From Amoebophrya sp. A120 (lineage: Eukaryota; Protista; Dinoflagellata), in NCBI GenBank assembly GCA_905178155.1, contig CAJINV010000007.1:686859-750858 (forward strand): 64,000 nt of DNA, given 5' to 3'. This document shows positions 14,601 through 25,350 of this stretch, piece by piece. Numbering within the stretch: position 1 is the stretch's first letter; the number at the start of each line of letters is the position of its first letter. Both the position numbers and the translations under genes were made by a program. Below the pieces are notes generated by a model. That model searched no databases and was not told where the DNA came from. It saw nothing but the letters and a program-made list of their open reading frames with translations.

Positions 14601-16054
14601 AAAATTCCTGGACGTGCAAGTCTTTCGGATTCCGGTGAAAAAGTTTCTCCGGGTGCCGGAGTTTTTGAGCACTGGAACAAGTCCGGGCGAGGAGGAGGAC
14701 ATCACAAGCAGTGAGGACAAGGTCGAAGAAGGCGGAGGTGAACGACAATGTCAAGGTACGGCGCAACCATTCCAATTCCAATATTCATCCGAGCAATCGG
14801 AATCGTCGGGATCCACATATAGTACTTCTGACGATGACAGTGACACAGATGGTGTCAGGAAGAGAACATCACGTCTTGTTCAGCCGAGAAGAAAGTCCTC
14901 ACGAAGCCGGCGCTCTGCTGGTGCGCAGGAGGACCGAGAGCGAGGGACGACAGCTTCCCGTCAAAGAAGTACAACTACGCGCGGGGGTCGTTCTAGTCTC
15001 AGAAGCGCCTCTTCTGCCGCCTCCGGAAAGGGAACAAGTACAAGAACGAACACGCGGCGCAGAATAAAAGACGACAGAGTCGAGTATTTGATTAGCATTT
15101 CATCTGTCGTGGACGATAAAATAAATCGAGACGGAGATGAGGACTCGTCCAGTGAAGACGCGTCCGGTTGTTCGGGGACGTCGGCTTCTTCCGGTGCTGG
15201 AACGCCGCCGCGATGCAGCGCTATTGTATCGCCACAACAAAAAATCTTGGTGCAGCAAACAAGAAAGAGCTGGCTGCGGGCGGAGGTGTTCTTTCAGAAG
15301 CACAATTTTTATGCCTCGGACGGAGAAGATACAGCGGCCCAGTCTTCCCAGATGATGAGGCAGTGCAGATTCTATATCAAATGCAAAAATGTGGTTTTCA
15401 CCCCGTTGTTCACGTCTGTTCTATATCAAATGCAAAAATCCCTGGATGTCTGGAAGAATCCAACTTGTCATGCTGATTTTGGATTCTAAAAAAATCTGTA
15501 TTGCGTGAGCAGTAAAGAGAGTCCAAGGATGCTACACGGAAAGAGCACTTGTCATGCGGTATAGGCATCAGGAAGCCCTCACAAAATCTGTGATGCTAGG
15601 GCATGCATCACAGACATCAGGAGTCATGCAAAATGTGCATGACAAACCTGGCAATCTTCCAGACCCAGACATTTTTGCATTTGATATTCTGGAAACCACC
15701 CAACCGAGACAGAAGACCGGAAGATCTTCCTCCTCCTCGTCAAGCGGATCTTTATCCAGGAAAAAAGTGTGTAAGTGTAACTTTGTTGAAGGAATAGCAT
15801 CACAAGTTTGCTCATCTGCATGACACAGAAAACCTGTCATGCGTAGCTAGTACGTGAAAACACGTACGAAAAGAGCCTCTGGCGCATGTCCAGCATGACA
15901 AGTGTAGGCGTTTTGCATCCTCTGCAACACAAATTTACACTTACACAGTTTTTTTCTTGCATAATCTTCAGGTTCAAGTTACTCTTCCACGGATCCAGCA
16001 GCTGGATCCTGTTCTAGTGGGAGTGATGAAAGTCAAAGTGGGTCGGATGATTGA
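11658..16054 (+). CDS. Hypothetical Ser-rich protein (~1200 aa), 3 introners; paralogue-like C-terminus to the gene at 5360
   Basis: ORFs 11658 and 12433 join in frame (..SRADAQSRAWRIRAMKR..). The frame continues past elements 15424 and 15753 to TGA 16052-16054. Start codon uncertain. Confidence 0.75.
12133..12395. mobile_element. Introner, family A
   Basis: TIR; DR AGCAG. Confidence 0.92.
15424..15686. mobile_element. Introner, family A
   Basis: TIR; DR TTCTA/TTCTG. Confidence 0.88.
15753..15963. mobile_element. Introner, family G
   Basis: TIR TATCCAGGAAAAAAGTGTGTAAGTGTAA; DR ATCTT. Confidence 0.9.
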
Positions 16055-18797
16055 ACATCAAGGCGACGAAGTAACAATGAGGAAGTTCCTTTCGGCACGT
16101 CGATGTAAGTAGAGACAGCGACATGCCAAATCATCATTTTTATCACACTTTGTGCAGAAGCAGGCCCGACGAGGAACGGAAGTTCGCTCTCCTTTAGGCA
16201 AATACTTTATAGTATTTTCCAAAAGGTAAAAACAAACACGAAAAGACGGTAATTTTCTACAAGCTACCAGTGAGACCACAAAAGCTAGATACCAGAAGTA
16301 CCAAACAAGTGTAAGATTGTGCATCCCAATTAGCACTAGAAATTTGAAAACGGTATATGAGTATGGTACTACAGGCACTGCTTGCTCCTATGCTTTTCCA
16401 TTCACGACACTAATTTCGAATACAAAGAACAAAGCCTCCGACCGTTTTTTTTGTCTTCGACGGTACTACTACTTTGGGAAACAAGCAAAAGTCGACGTGC
16501 TTCTTGTTGATTAATCATCTCTAGCATGAACGACGATTTTTGTTTCCCAAGTATACCATTTTCGAGGCCGATTTTCCGTTTTTTTCCAAACGATAAAGGC
16601 AAGCTGCATTCCGATGCGGCTTGGCGTCTTTGAGACTGTACTTTTTACTATATAGCACTTTGGTTCTTGTAGTAGTTCTTTCCAAGTTATTTTTTCTACG
16701 ATCTTCATTTTCCACGTCCAGCGCAAAGACAAGGGAGCAAAGCCAGTATACTATAGTATTCAACAGAAAGAGAAATAGAACCGGCGCTACGAGTACGGAG
16801 ATTTTTTCCGGCTTACAGCCAGAAGCATGATGGTGTAAACACTATCGCTATCTGCTACTTTGCTTTGGTGCGGAGTAGGTAGAGCAGTAAGTACAGGAAA
16901 AACTACAACTGTCACTGGCCGACGACGCCGAGGTAAACAAAGGACCATGAAAAGGTTCGCGTGCACAGCACCTCTCTACTGTCGGGCGCTTGTTTTTGTT
17001 TTTACTATTCTTCTACCAGCTCTTCACTTTGTTTCTCCTGACTTTTGCTTCCCATCGCATAGCACTGCCGAATTTCTACTAGAATTTCCAATTTTGGCGC
17101 GTTTACTACGTCGATTTGGCCTTGCAGCACTTGACTTGAAAGAAAACTATGCATAATATGGGTAATAGCTAATAAGCACTGTCAGAGGCAAAGCTGCGCA
17201 GGACATTCATTTCACGCATGGTGCTACTTACAACGACTTACATACGTGACTTTTACTAAAGAAAAAGATGTCAGAGCAAAGGACTGCTTGCTCCTGCTAT
17301 CAGTAGATACTTGTCAGTATTCATCAGTACGCAACATGGCACAAATCGCGCAGACTGTACTTACACCTCGCCAGGAGGAGAAGTGTCAGTCCATTGCAAG
17401 AACAGCCGCGGAAGATACTCTCAAGAGCTACAAGCAGTTATGCAGGAGCTGTTTCCCAATCCTAAGATAGTACTTTCAAGAACTACGTCGAAGCAGTTTA
17501 ATGCAGAAGCTGTTTCCTAATCCTTTTGCAAGACCAAGAAAATGAATGCAATCAAACCGCATTATCGAAATCAATCTTTCATCTTCACACTAGTAGCTCC
17601 AAGTAGAGTCTACTTAAAAACCCACTACTAAACCAACGTTACGGCGAAACAAGAAATAGCGGAACCTTTTACGTACTACTCTTTCACAACAGCAGTTCTA
17701 CTGCGTCGCGCAGCTGCACTTATTTTGGAACCATCTAGCTTTCTGTCAAAACGAGAGAAAGTAGCAGTGGGTGCAGCTCGGGGTCAGGGCAGTCTGTCCC
17801 TGCTTGTACTAGCGCATGACCACGACCATGAGTTGGTTTGACATCCGCCACATGTTGAAGCGGTCCGGTTGTATTCAGGTCTTCAAGTAGATCTGTCACA
17901 ATACAGAGCAGGGCCGAAATGAGTAAAAAATGCAAGGATCTTCATCGGCTGAGTATGAATAGATTTTGGTGCGGCTCGAGCCTTGCAGTTACGTTGACAA
18001 ACCGTTTCGCTTTTTTTTTTACCTCAGAGCACTTTTTTATAGACATTCAGGCGGTGGTGCGACGTGGCACGAGAACGGGAAAAAGTTGTAGATGCGCAGT
18101 AGTTGTTTTGCAGTGGTACGCAAAAATAGCCGCTGAAAAAGAAACTAGTGAATCAAAATGTACTTCCTCGTCAAGTTGAGCTGAAACAAATTTTCCGACC
18201 ACATCAAGTTGCCGTGCGTAAACTTTGCGATAAGTACGTCTTACACGATTCGCATGCAGTGCCGTAGGACAACTTTTGTGTTCAAAAAACACGTCGGCTA
18301 ATATAATTTCAGCAACCAGTCAGAAGGATCTTCACGAGCGACTGATAGCTATCTCGCAGGTAAAGATCTCACAGTTCCTAGGTGCATGATCACAGTACAA
18401 CTTCTAGCGAACTATTTACTGTTAGAAGCAAGATCAATGGATGCCTACATACTCGCAAGTAGCAGGTAAAACCATGGTTGTTATTGTAAATGCGGGAGGT
18501 CGTGTCTCAGTCCCTGCCGCACGATGGCGATCCATTTTCAAGAAAACGGGATCTAGTTGAGCAGTGTGTTTTGTTTCGGATTTCGGGATCCGAAATCGTA
18601 TACTAATGGAAACTCTTGTTGTAGTTGTCTTCCTCTTCTGTATCTTCAAAAATAGACGGTCATCCTTGATGTGGTCCCTTCCGGTGCTAAATACAGTAAA
18701 AACTTGTCGTTCGAATCGAATGCGAATCGAAAATAACTCTGTGAGCTGGGAAAGTTTTACAAAAACACAGCTCAAATAAAACCTGGAAAAGAACAGA

Positions 18798-21700
18798 ATG
18801 AAGGATTTATCCACAGTACTTGTTTCCCCGCACACGACAAGAAAAAAATGTGGTTTCTGCATGACAAAACTTGCTTTCAATCCTGCTTAGCATGACGGGT
18901 AGCGCACGCGTCCACGAAAGCGAGATTTGTCTATGCATGTTGTAGTAGGCACGTGTACGTGCGTGGGAGATTTGTATTGCATAGGATTGGGTAGTTGGTC
19001 CGCACGGTTGGAACGACAACCGGCTGTGGGACGCGCTGTATGAAAACGGGAACATTGTAAAGCTCGACCCCAATGTATCCCAGTGCACAACTCCCCCTCG
19101 TTCTCATTTCTCATGCAAAATACCAATTCCACGCTTTCCCTCCTGTCACTATTGTGCATGACAAATTCTGGTAGCCCAAACAGAACTACTACACTCCAGT
19201 GCAAATTTGTCATGCAAAACCCGCAGTCTTGCTGATCCTGATGCTTCTATTTTTGCCGTGCATGCTACACGAATGGGGGGGAGGGGGAGTTGGGCACTAT
19301 CATACAATGGCCTGCCGGACGAGGATGGAAAGCCGATCGGTCACATATTGCGAGGAAAAATCCCCCCTCCCCATATAATTGAAAACGCAACGCCTGAAAA
19401 TTTGTGATGCAGATTTGTGACCACAAATCCTGTCCGTCTTGCAAGAAGACAAACGCAGAGAGTCCGTCCCATGATGCTGGCAGTTTGTGATGCTGTTGCG
19501 CTTACAGCGTAGACGGTTTTCATGCTAGGCGCCTACGGCAAATCCTCTCGACTCAGGCTTAGCATATAGCTGCAGTCCCCCACTGCAAGACAAGTCTGAT
19601 TTGTGTACTGAGATCCAGCGTCAGCAGTTTCGTTTGGATATTGGTCGGGGACGTTTTTACATAGGATAGCACACGACGCACAACATGTTTGTCAAGTGCA
19701 AAAAAACGAAGGAAATGTACCTGATTACCGTTCGCCAGAAATCAAAAATCGATCTGAAGAGCTTCGTATCAAATGCAAATAAGTATGTGAAGATGTAGGT
19801 CCGGATCAGTGCTGGAACCGTTTGTTATGCTGATTTTCCATGCCTTTGGGTTTGGCTTTGCCTGCTCGCGATGGATCGCGAACAAATCTCTGATGCAGGG
19901 TAAACGTAAGTAGTTCCTGTAAGGCCTTCGCAATGTGGCTAGAAGTTGCCTTTCGTGCATGAGAAACAGCCTCTCTGTGTGATCAAAAGCGGCGCGCTTT
20001 TTTTGGTACGTGGTATGCAACACAAATTTTATTTGTGTGACTTGCACCAGCATGCAATTGCATCATCACAAGTGTGCAAGAACCTTGATGACTTTCCAGA
20101 CACAGACATACCTATAATTTGCATTTCATACTGCGCGGTGGCGCTGGGTGCGAAGGAACTCCGGCTCTGCAAAGATAGGGAGGTACAGCGTAATTATATG
20201 ACTATAATACGGCTTTTTTTCTCGCAAATACGATTCGGATTTGTACTATTTGATTCAATTTCAATTCATTTCTTGTTGTGTGTGGAACAAGAACAGGAAG
20301 GATGTGATCAAAATAGTACAACCCAAGTGAAGAACGCAAATGACACACAGGACTACTTGGGCTCAACCCGCGGATGCATTACAGCGTTGGCACTGTTTTA
20401 CTATCGCAAGAAAAATGAACTGCCTGTTCATTGTAGTGACAGACCTTGTGATGCAGAAACTACCGCACACGCACACACACACAAGTCTTTGATGTCCTGT
20501 TTTTAGAAAGCTGCCAAGATAACCGGTGGGATCTTTAAGTAGTACAGCCGTGTCTTCATCCCATGGAAAGCACGCATGGCAGGTTCGTTAATATTTCGCT
20601 GTCATGGTAAAGTAACAAACAACTTGTGATGCAGATCCTGCATCAAAATCGTCACAGTGTTGAGCAAACAGTTTTCTCATGGGATATCTACGACGAGGGC
20701 TGGAATGTGAAATGGGTATCGCAAGAAAAAAACTGTGTAAGTAAGTATAAATCTGCAATGCAGAACACGCAACAGAGTTATGCCTGTCATGCCAGACAGC
20801 CACGAAGTTCTCTTTTCCTGTGTAATTTCCCTTACAAGCCACGCATGACAGGTTTTCTCTGTCATGTAGAGCAAATTTGTGATGCTGTTAGCCAAACATA
20901 GTTACACTAACACAGTTTTTTTCTTGCATAATGGGTGGTAGAGACCGAATATCCAGTGCAAACATGTCTATGGGTCTGGAAAGTTGTCATGCTAAAGATC
21001 GTTCTTTATGTTGGTCAACAAACATGACAAACATGCATCCTTCAACACCCAGACAACAGATTTGCAATTCATACCGAACTGATGGCCATGCCGGAATGGG
21101 TTTTGTGTGCCGGCTGTCAGGTATGAGAGTGCACAACTCCCCCTCATTTGTATGGCATGAGCAGCAATACAAACAGCAGCAAACGCGGAGCCCATGCATG
21201 ACAAATTTATGTGCCTGATATAGTACTGTTTGGGCTTCCGGATGAATTTGTCATGCAAACAGTGCCACAGGGCAGCGACTGGATTTGGGGTTTTGCATGA
21301 CAAATGACGGGGGGGAGTTGTGCGCTGTCATATCAGGACCCGCTCCAGCACGACCAGCACAATCTAACCACGGTCCGTACGGTGTTCTCAAATGTGACAT
21401 TCTCAACTGTATAGTAGTAGTAGTAGTGATTCCCAGCAAGGGGAGAGAAGGGGGCGCCATCTCTCACCTCACTAGCTTTTCACCACTTTTTTCATTGCGC
21501 GTTTGGGTTTGGGCTGGTGATTTGCTCTCTTCTCCTTCGGTTTGCATGCTCCCTCATGCGCAGCCATCTTGCTAATTCGCAAGGACTCACTATGGTCATG
21601 GGGACGCTCCACCCGATTGTCGTGATTGAACAGAATCTTGTACGTTTTGCATTTCCTGCATCGTAAAAACTCGCAGCCCGCTCGGTTCGTGAAAAGTGCA

Positions 21701-24700
21701 TCGCGAGGTAGAACGTTACGCCAACCCTTCGCATCAGATCCAAAGTAATACCGACCCGTCCAGTGGTTCCATAGGTGTTGCTCCGGTCGGTAGTCTCCTG
21801 TTGCTCTGCCCTGTGCGTCTTTTTTCCTGCCTGTCCTGATGTATCCATTCTGCCTGTGGACCTGCGCGTGCTTTTCCATGGCCCCCGCAGTGGAGGCGTA
21901 CATAAGTTCGCACGATTTACAGAAAATTTTTTTGATATGCGCCGCCGGCCCCCTAGCCATTTTGTCGCGTAGGATGTCGCTGTTTCTCTCGATGATCTCA
22001 CACCGTATCTCCTGGTCTTGCTCATTACTTATTTGCTCTGCCTTTTTCATAACTAACGCCTTGACATCCGTGTTGGTCGACTTTTTCACCGGATGCTCTT
22101 GCTGCATGTGAGCTATCATTTCCACCGATGGCCCGCCGTCCGTTGTTCCCCACGAAGCCGCCTGCGGATAGTTCTGCGCGCACCACATGCACTGGCGCTG
22201 GGCGTCAAAATGCTCAAGGGCCGACGGCTGTCCTGTCGGGAGCGCGTGCACTACATCGCCCTCACGTACGTCCGGGTCTTGTTCCTGCGCGGCCTTGATT
22301 GCTTCTGCACGCGTTGGCGTCTGCCCTGGGTTGCCGAAATACTTGATGGCCAGATCATCCGTTATCTTCTGTCGTAGGTCCGCGTCCCCATTGCTCCAGT
22401 CTTCAGCTGTTTCCCGGATAAAACACTGCCGCGTCATTGCATGGAAAAGTCGCTTGTTGGCCGCATAGAGCGCGGAGCCACTCGGTAACTCTTCAGGCTG
22501 CCGCGCTTGTGTTGCCTCCAGGTCCTCGGTGAGAAGCTGCACCATTTCCAGCGGCATTTTGCATTTTTTTGTCAAATGTTCTAGGGCGTCCTGGAGGAAG
22601 GACTCTACCCGCCGCTCTTTTGCGTCGACTTCTTTGAGCTCCTTGACTGATCGCAGAACTTCTGCTCTGGCCCGAAGACCGTCTTCCAGCGCGTTGCCCG
22701 CACTAGCGCCCCGGTATAAAATCGGCACAAACTTGCCCACGAGTGCGCGTCTGGCTAAATCGGTCGGCTTCCGTCGTAATACGTGTCCCACAAATCGCAT
22801 CTGTAGATACTTCAAGTGCACTCCGAACGGCGGGACTTTCAACTTGCGCCGAAGATCGGCCGCGCTTTTCTTCTGCAGCACACGCTCCCACCAAGGAATG
22901 TCTTGAATCCTCTGCATCATCGCAATCTCCTCCCGCTCGAGGGCTCGAACTTCGTCTGGACTCACGTACCTTGCCGCCAGGCCGTACAAGAATATGCTTC
23001 GGATCATAATGATGATTAGCTCGCCACGCCGCTCTGCAAAAAGATTCGAAACGCCGCTCATCTTCGCCCGTAACTTGTTGTAGGCAGTCCAAGCCTTTCG
23101 CTTTTTTTGTCGAATGTCTTCTCGGGGGTCCGTGTAGCTTCCAAGATTTCTTACCGACATGTCACAGATGTTGCCGCTAAAACGCTTCGCGTCGTTTTCC
23201 CGACACCCTGACTCCCGCAGTGCCTTTGTCAGTAGCTTCATGGCCTTCGACTCAGATGGAGCAAGCTTTTTCCCGATTAGCTCCGCATTGATTTTCAAGA
23301 ACTGCTGCAACTCCTCCTCGGTCATGTGTTCCAGCAGCGTCGTGTCATCAGCAAACAACAGGTCCATCACGTGGTCGATACTCAGCTCCGGCTCGCCTTC
23401 TTCTGGCTTCTCGCCCCCGGTTATCTCATGCAGCTGATCGGTTCTCTTCATGTGTCCCAAGTCGGCACGAGAGTACAACCGCACCCCTTTCAGGGATTCT
23501 GAGCCCTCCTGCCTGCGTAGTAGTCTGTGATATTTCATTACTGCCGTGCAACTAATCAAGAAGACGAGGGGGCTGCTCACACATCCTTCCTTCGTTCCAT
23601 TTTCCAGCGTGAATCGGTTTCCCGGCTTCTTGGTTTCTGGGTCGTAGAACTCGTGCTTGGCATGCCTATGGCTACTGTTTATCACACTCCAGCACGTTGC
23701 TTCTCCTATTCCCAAGGTGTCCATTACCGCCGTCACTAATCTCCAGTCCAGACTTGGGAACGCTTTTTTCAGGTCCACCAACGTCGCCAGCAGTCTGCTT
23801 GATTTGTGTCGCGAATAATGAGACAGGTCTTCCTTCATTCGGTTCCAAATCATAATGCTTTCGAGCGTGCCGCGATTTGCCCGAAACCCAAACTGGGTCT
23901 CGCAAAAGTATTGCTTGTCCTCCAGAACCTTGTAGAGCCGATCGCTGTAAATTTTTGTACATAATTTCAACAAGCACGGCGACACTACGAGAATACATGA
24001 ATTTGTAATGCAAGAATGGCAAGATGAGAAGAGTGAAAGGGGGACGAAGGTTGATGCGCCTTTTGCATTACAGGTTTGGAGCAGATTAAAGTGCTATCTA
24101 GCGCGTCGAGAACTTGTCATGCGGAGAAGGTTTGAAATTGTGAGAAGTGATTGCGTTTTTGCATGACAAATCATGTAACAGTTGAGAATGTAACGTTTGA
24201 GAGCCCCATAGTCCGCACCCTTGTCCCGGGGGATAAGGGGAAGTTGAAAAGTATCATCCCCTGGCATTGGGAACACAGGATTGAAGTGGAGGGATGGTAC
24301 GATTTCACCTTGATCAGATTTTCTTTTATTCGTTTTCGTGTTGATCTCGATCTTGATTTTGAAGCTCTGTATGTTTCCGTAGTTTTGTGTCCTCACAATA
24401 TATTTATAAATTCAAGTGTCAAGAAGAACAAGGACAAGCCACATCCGACCATCAACCGACCGCAGATCATGTCACGATACTGCAACCATAGCAAACTCAT
24501 CACGACAGCAATACCGGCGGGATTTTGGCAATAAAGTTCGATGGTACCAAGGCGAAAAAGGACTCTCCTGTACACAATATTAAAGTTGTGGCGTCGAAAA
24601 AGGTGGACGAACAAATGCCCGGCCAACAGAACAAAGAGGAGTTGTCAACATCAACGACTAGTAGGAAAGGCACGACACAAGCAGTGGAACAACCCGGGAA

Positions 24701-25350
24701 CAACAAGCCAGCGGCTCAAGCGAATATCAAATGCAAAAGTGTCTGGGTCTGGAAAGTTGGAACTTGTGATGCTAACTTTGGACTCTAAAAAGATCTGTAT
24801 TGCATGAGTAGCAAAGGGAATGTAATTTTTGCTACGCGGATAGAGCATTTCTCATGCGAAATAGGCATCAAGAACCCCTCGAAAAATCTGGGATGCTACG
24901 ACATGCATCACAGACATCATGGCTCGTGCAAAACGTGCATGACAAGTCTCAGAATCTCCCAGACCCAGACATTTTTGCATTTGATAGCCAAGAAACAGCA
25001 GCAATTTGCCGAGGACCATTTGTTCACTCGCCGCGATTATGAACTGAAGAAGTATCGTCGCACTAGTAGTAGTTCGTTGTACTTGCAATACAAATTAGCT
25101 TAGCATGGCGAATGAAGCTTGTCATGGTGATTCAACTCGGGAAGAAATTTTGTTTTGCATGACTGCAATTAGAAGTACGAGCAAGTCGAAGATACTTTTT
25201 CAATGCATAGCGATAGTAGCGAAACGATTTACGCGAGTGCATTTGAGCGGTACGAGCAGCGGCAGGGCGGGGTGGTAAACTCGGCGCTGAAGGGGGCGTA
25301 GGGGAGGTCCTGCAAATTTGCTGAGGAACAGGAACACATATAGTGGTTGA
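18798..25350 (+). CDS. YbaK/ProX/PrdX-like aminoacyl-tRNA editing domain protein; 11 introners plus GT-AG introns 20183-20350 and probably 24297-24508
   Basis: Rebuilt peptide MKDWVVG..HTTHNMFVKCKKTKEMYLITVRQKSKIDLKSFAVALGAKELRLCKDREDYLGSTRGCITALALFYD..VKWVVE resembles PrdX motifs (KNLFLKDKK..VDLK..LG..LRFA..LG..G.VT). Invisible in the ORF track because the exons are tiny. Confidence 0.7.
18808..18983. mobile_element. Introner, family H
   Basis: TATCCACAGTA..TTGTATTGCATA; DR GGATT. Confidence 0.8.
19076..19304. mobile_element. Introner, family E
   Basis: TIR ..AGTGCACAACTCCCCCTC; DR CAATG. Confidence 0.88.
19346..19668. mobile_element. Introner, family B body with D-like right end
   Basis: DR TCACA/GCACA. 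Confidence 0.82.
19767..20130. mobile_element. Introner, family A (degenerate)
   Basis: TATCAAATGCAAAT..ATTTGCATTTCATA; DR CTTCG/CTGCG. Confidence 0.8.
20402..20686. mobile_element. Introner, G-like (degenerate)
   Basis: DR TTTAC/TCTAC; frame restored. Confidence 0.65.
20717..20930. mobile_element. Introner, family G
   Basis: TIR; DR ATGGG. Confidence 0.9.
20950..21073. mobile_element. Introner, family A (short)
   Basis: Degenerate TIR; DR CCGAA. Confidence 0.82.
21122..21332. mobile_element. Introner, family E
   Basis: TIR; DR TCAGG. Confidence 0.9.
21412..23993 (-). mobile_element. 5'-truncated non-LTR retrotransposon (LINE) nested inside a family F introner
   Basis: The RT ORF starts abruptly in RT motif 1. 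A (CTA)5 tail lies at 21412-21426. The flanks rejoin as family F sequence (ctcaactgt|tacatg), matching the reverse complement of the 31038 element. Confidence 0.85.
21472..23985 (-). CDS. Reverse transcriptase (non-LTR type, N-terminally truncated) with C-terminal Cys/His fingers
   Basis: KLCTKIYSDRL, QFGFR, VDLKKAFPSL, GTKEGCVSSP, LFADD, NLGS. CxxC..H motifs follow (CMWC, CKSC, CRKC). 837 codons with no stop and no introners. Confidence 0.92.
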   Translation of the reverse strand: MSPCLLKLCTKIYSDRLYKVLEDKQYFCETQFGFRANRGTLESIMIWNRMKEDLSHYSRHKSSRLLATLVDLKKAFPSLDWRLVTAVMDTLGIGEATCWSVINSSHRHAKHEFYDPETKKPGNRFTLENGTKEGCVSSPLVFLISCTAVMKYHRLLRRQEGSESLKGVRLYSRADLGHMKRTDQLHEITGGEKPEEGEPELSIDHVMDLLFADDTTLLEHMTEEELQQFLKINAELIGKKLAPSESKAMKLLTKALRESGCRENDAKRFSGNICDMSVRNLGSYTDPREDIRQKKRKAWTAYNKLRAKMSGVSNLFAERRGELIIIMIRSIFLYGLAARYVSPDEVRALEREEIAMMQRIQDIPWWERVLQKKSAADLRRKLKVPPFGVHLKYLQMRFVGHVLRRKPTDLARRALVGKFVPILYRGASAGNALEDGLRARAEVLRSVKELKEVDAKERRVESFLQDALEHLTKKCKMPLEMVQLLTEDLEATQARQPEELPSGSALYAANKRLFHAMTRQCFIRETAEDWSNGDADLRQKITDDLAIKYFGNPGQTPTRAEAIKAAQEQDPDVREGDVVHALPTGQPSALEHFDAQRQCMWCAQNYPQAASWGTTDGGPSVEMIAHMQQEHPVKKSTNTDVKALVMKKAEQISNEQDQEIRCEIIERNSDILRDKMARGPAAHIKKIFCKSCELMYASTAGAMEKHAQVHRQNGYIRTGRKKDAQGRATGDYRPEQHLWNHWTGRYYFGSDAKGWRNVLPRDALFTNRAGCEFLRCRKCKTYKILFNHDNRVERPHDHSESLRISKMAAHEGACKPKEKRANHQPKPKRAMKKVVKS
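24725..24986. mobile_element. Introner, family A
   Basis: TIR; DR GCGAA/GCCAA. Confidence 0.9.
25038..25209. mobile_element. Introner, family C
   Basis: TIR; DR GCGAT. Confidence 0.85.

Larger units (their letters stand above)
21378..24210. mobile_element. Introner, family F, expanded to 2.83 kb by a nested RT element
   Basis: TIR TACGGTGTTCTCAAATGTGACATTCTCAACTGT / ACAGTTGAGAATGTAACGTTTGAGAGCCCCATA; perfect DR GTCCG; host frame restored (..LTTVRTLV..). Confidence 0.88.

Noticed and set aside
21472-23985. RT as a group II intron, retron, DGR or telomerase RT
   Set aside because: The motif pattern, C-terminal Cys/His fingers, microsatellite tail and 5' truncation fit a non-LTR retrotransposon.
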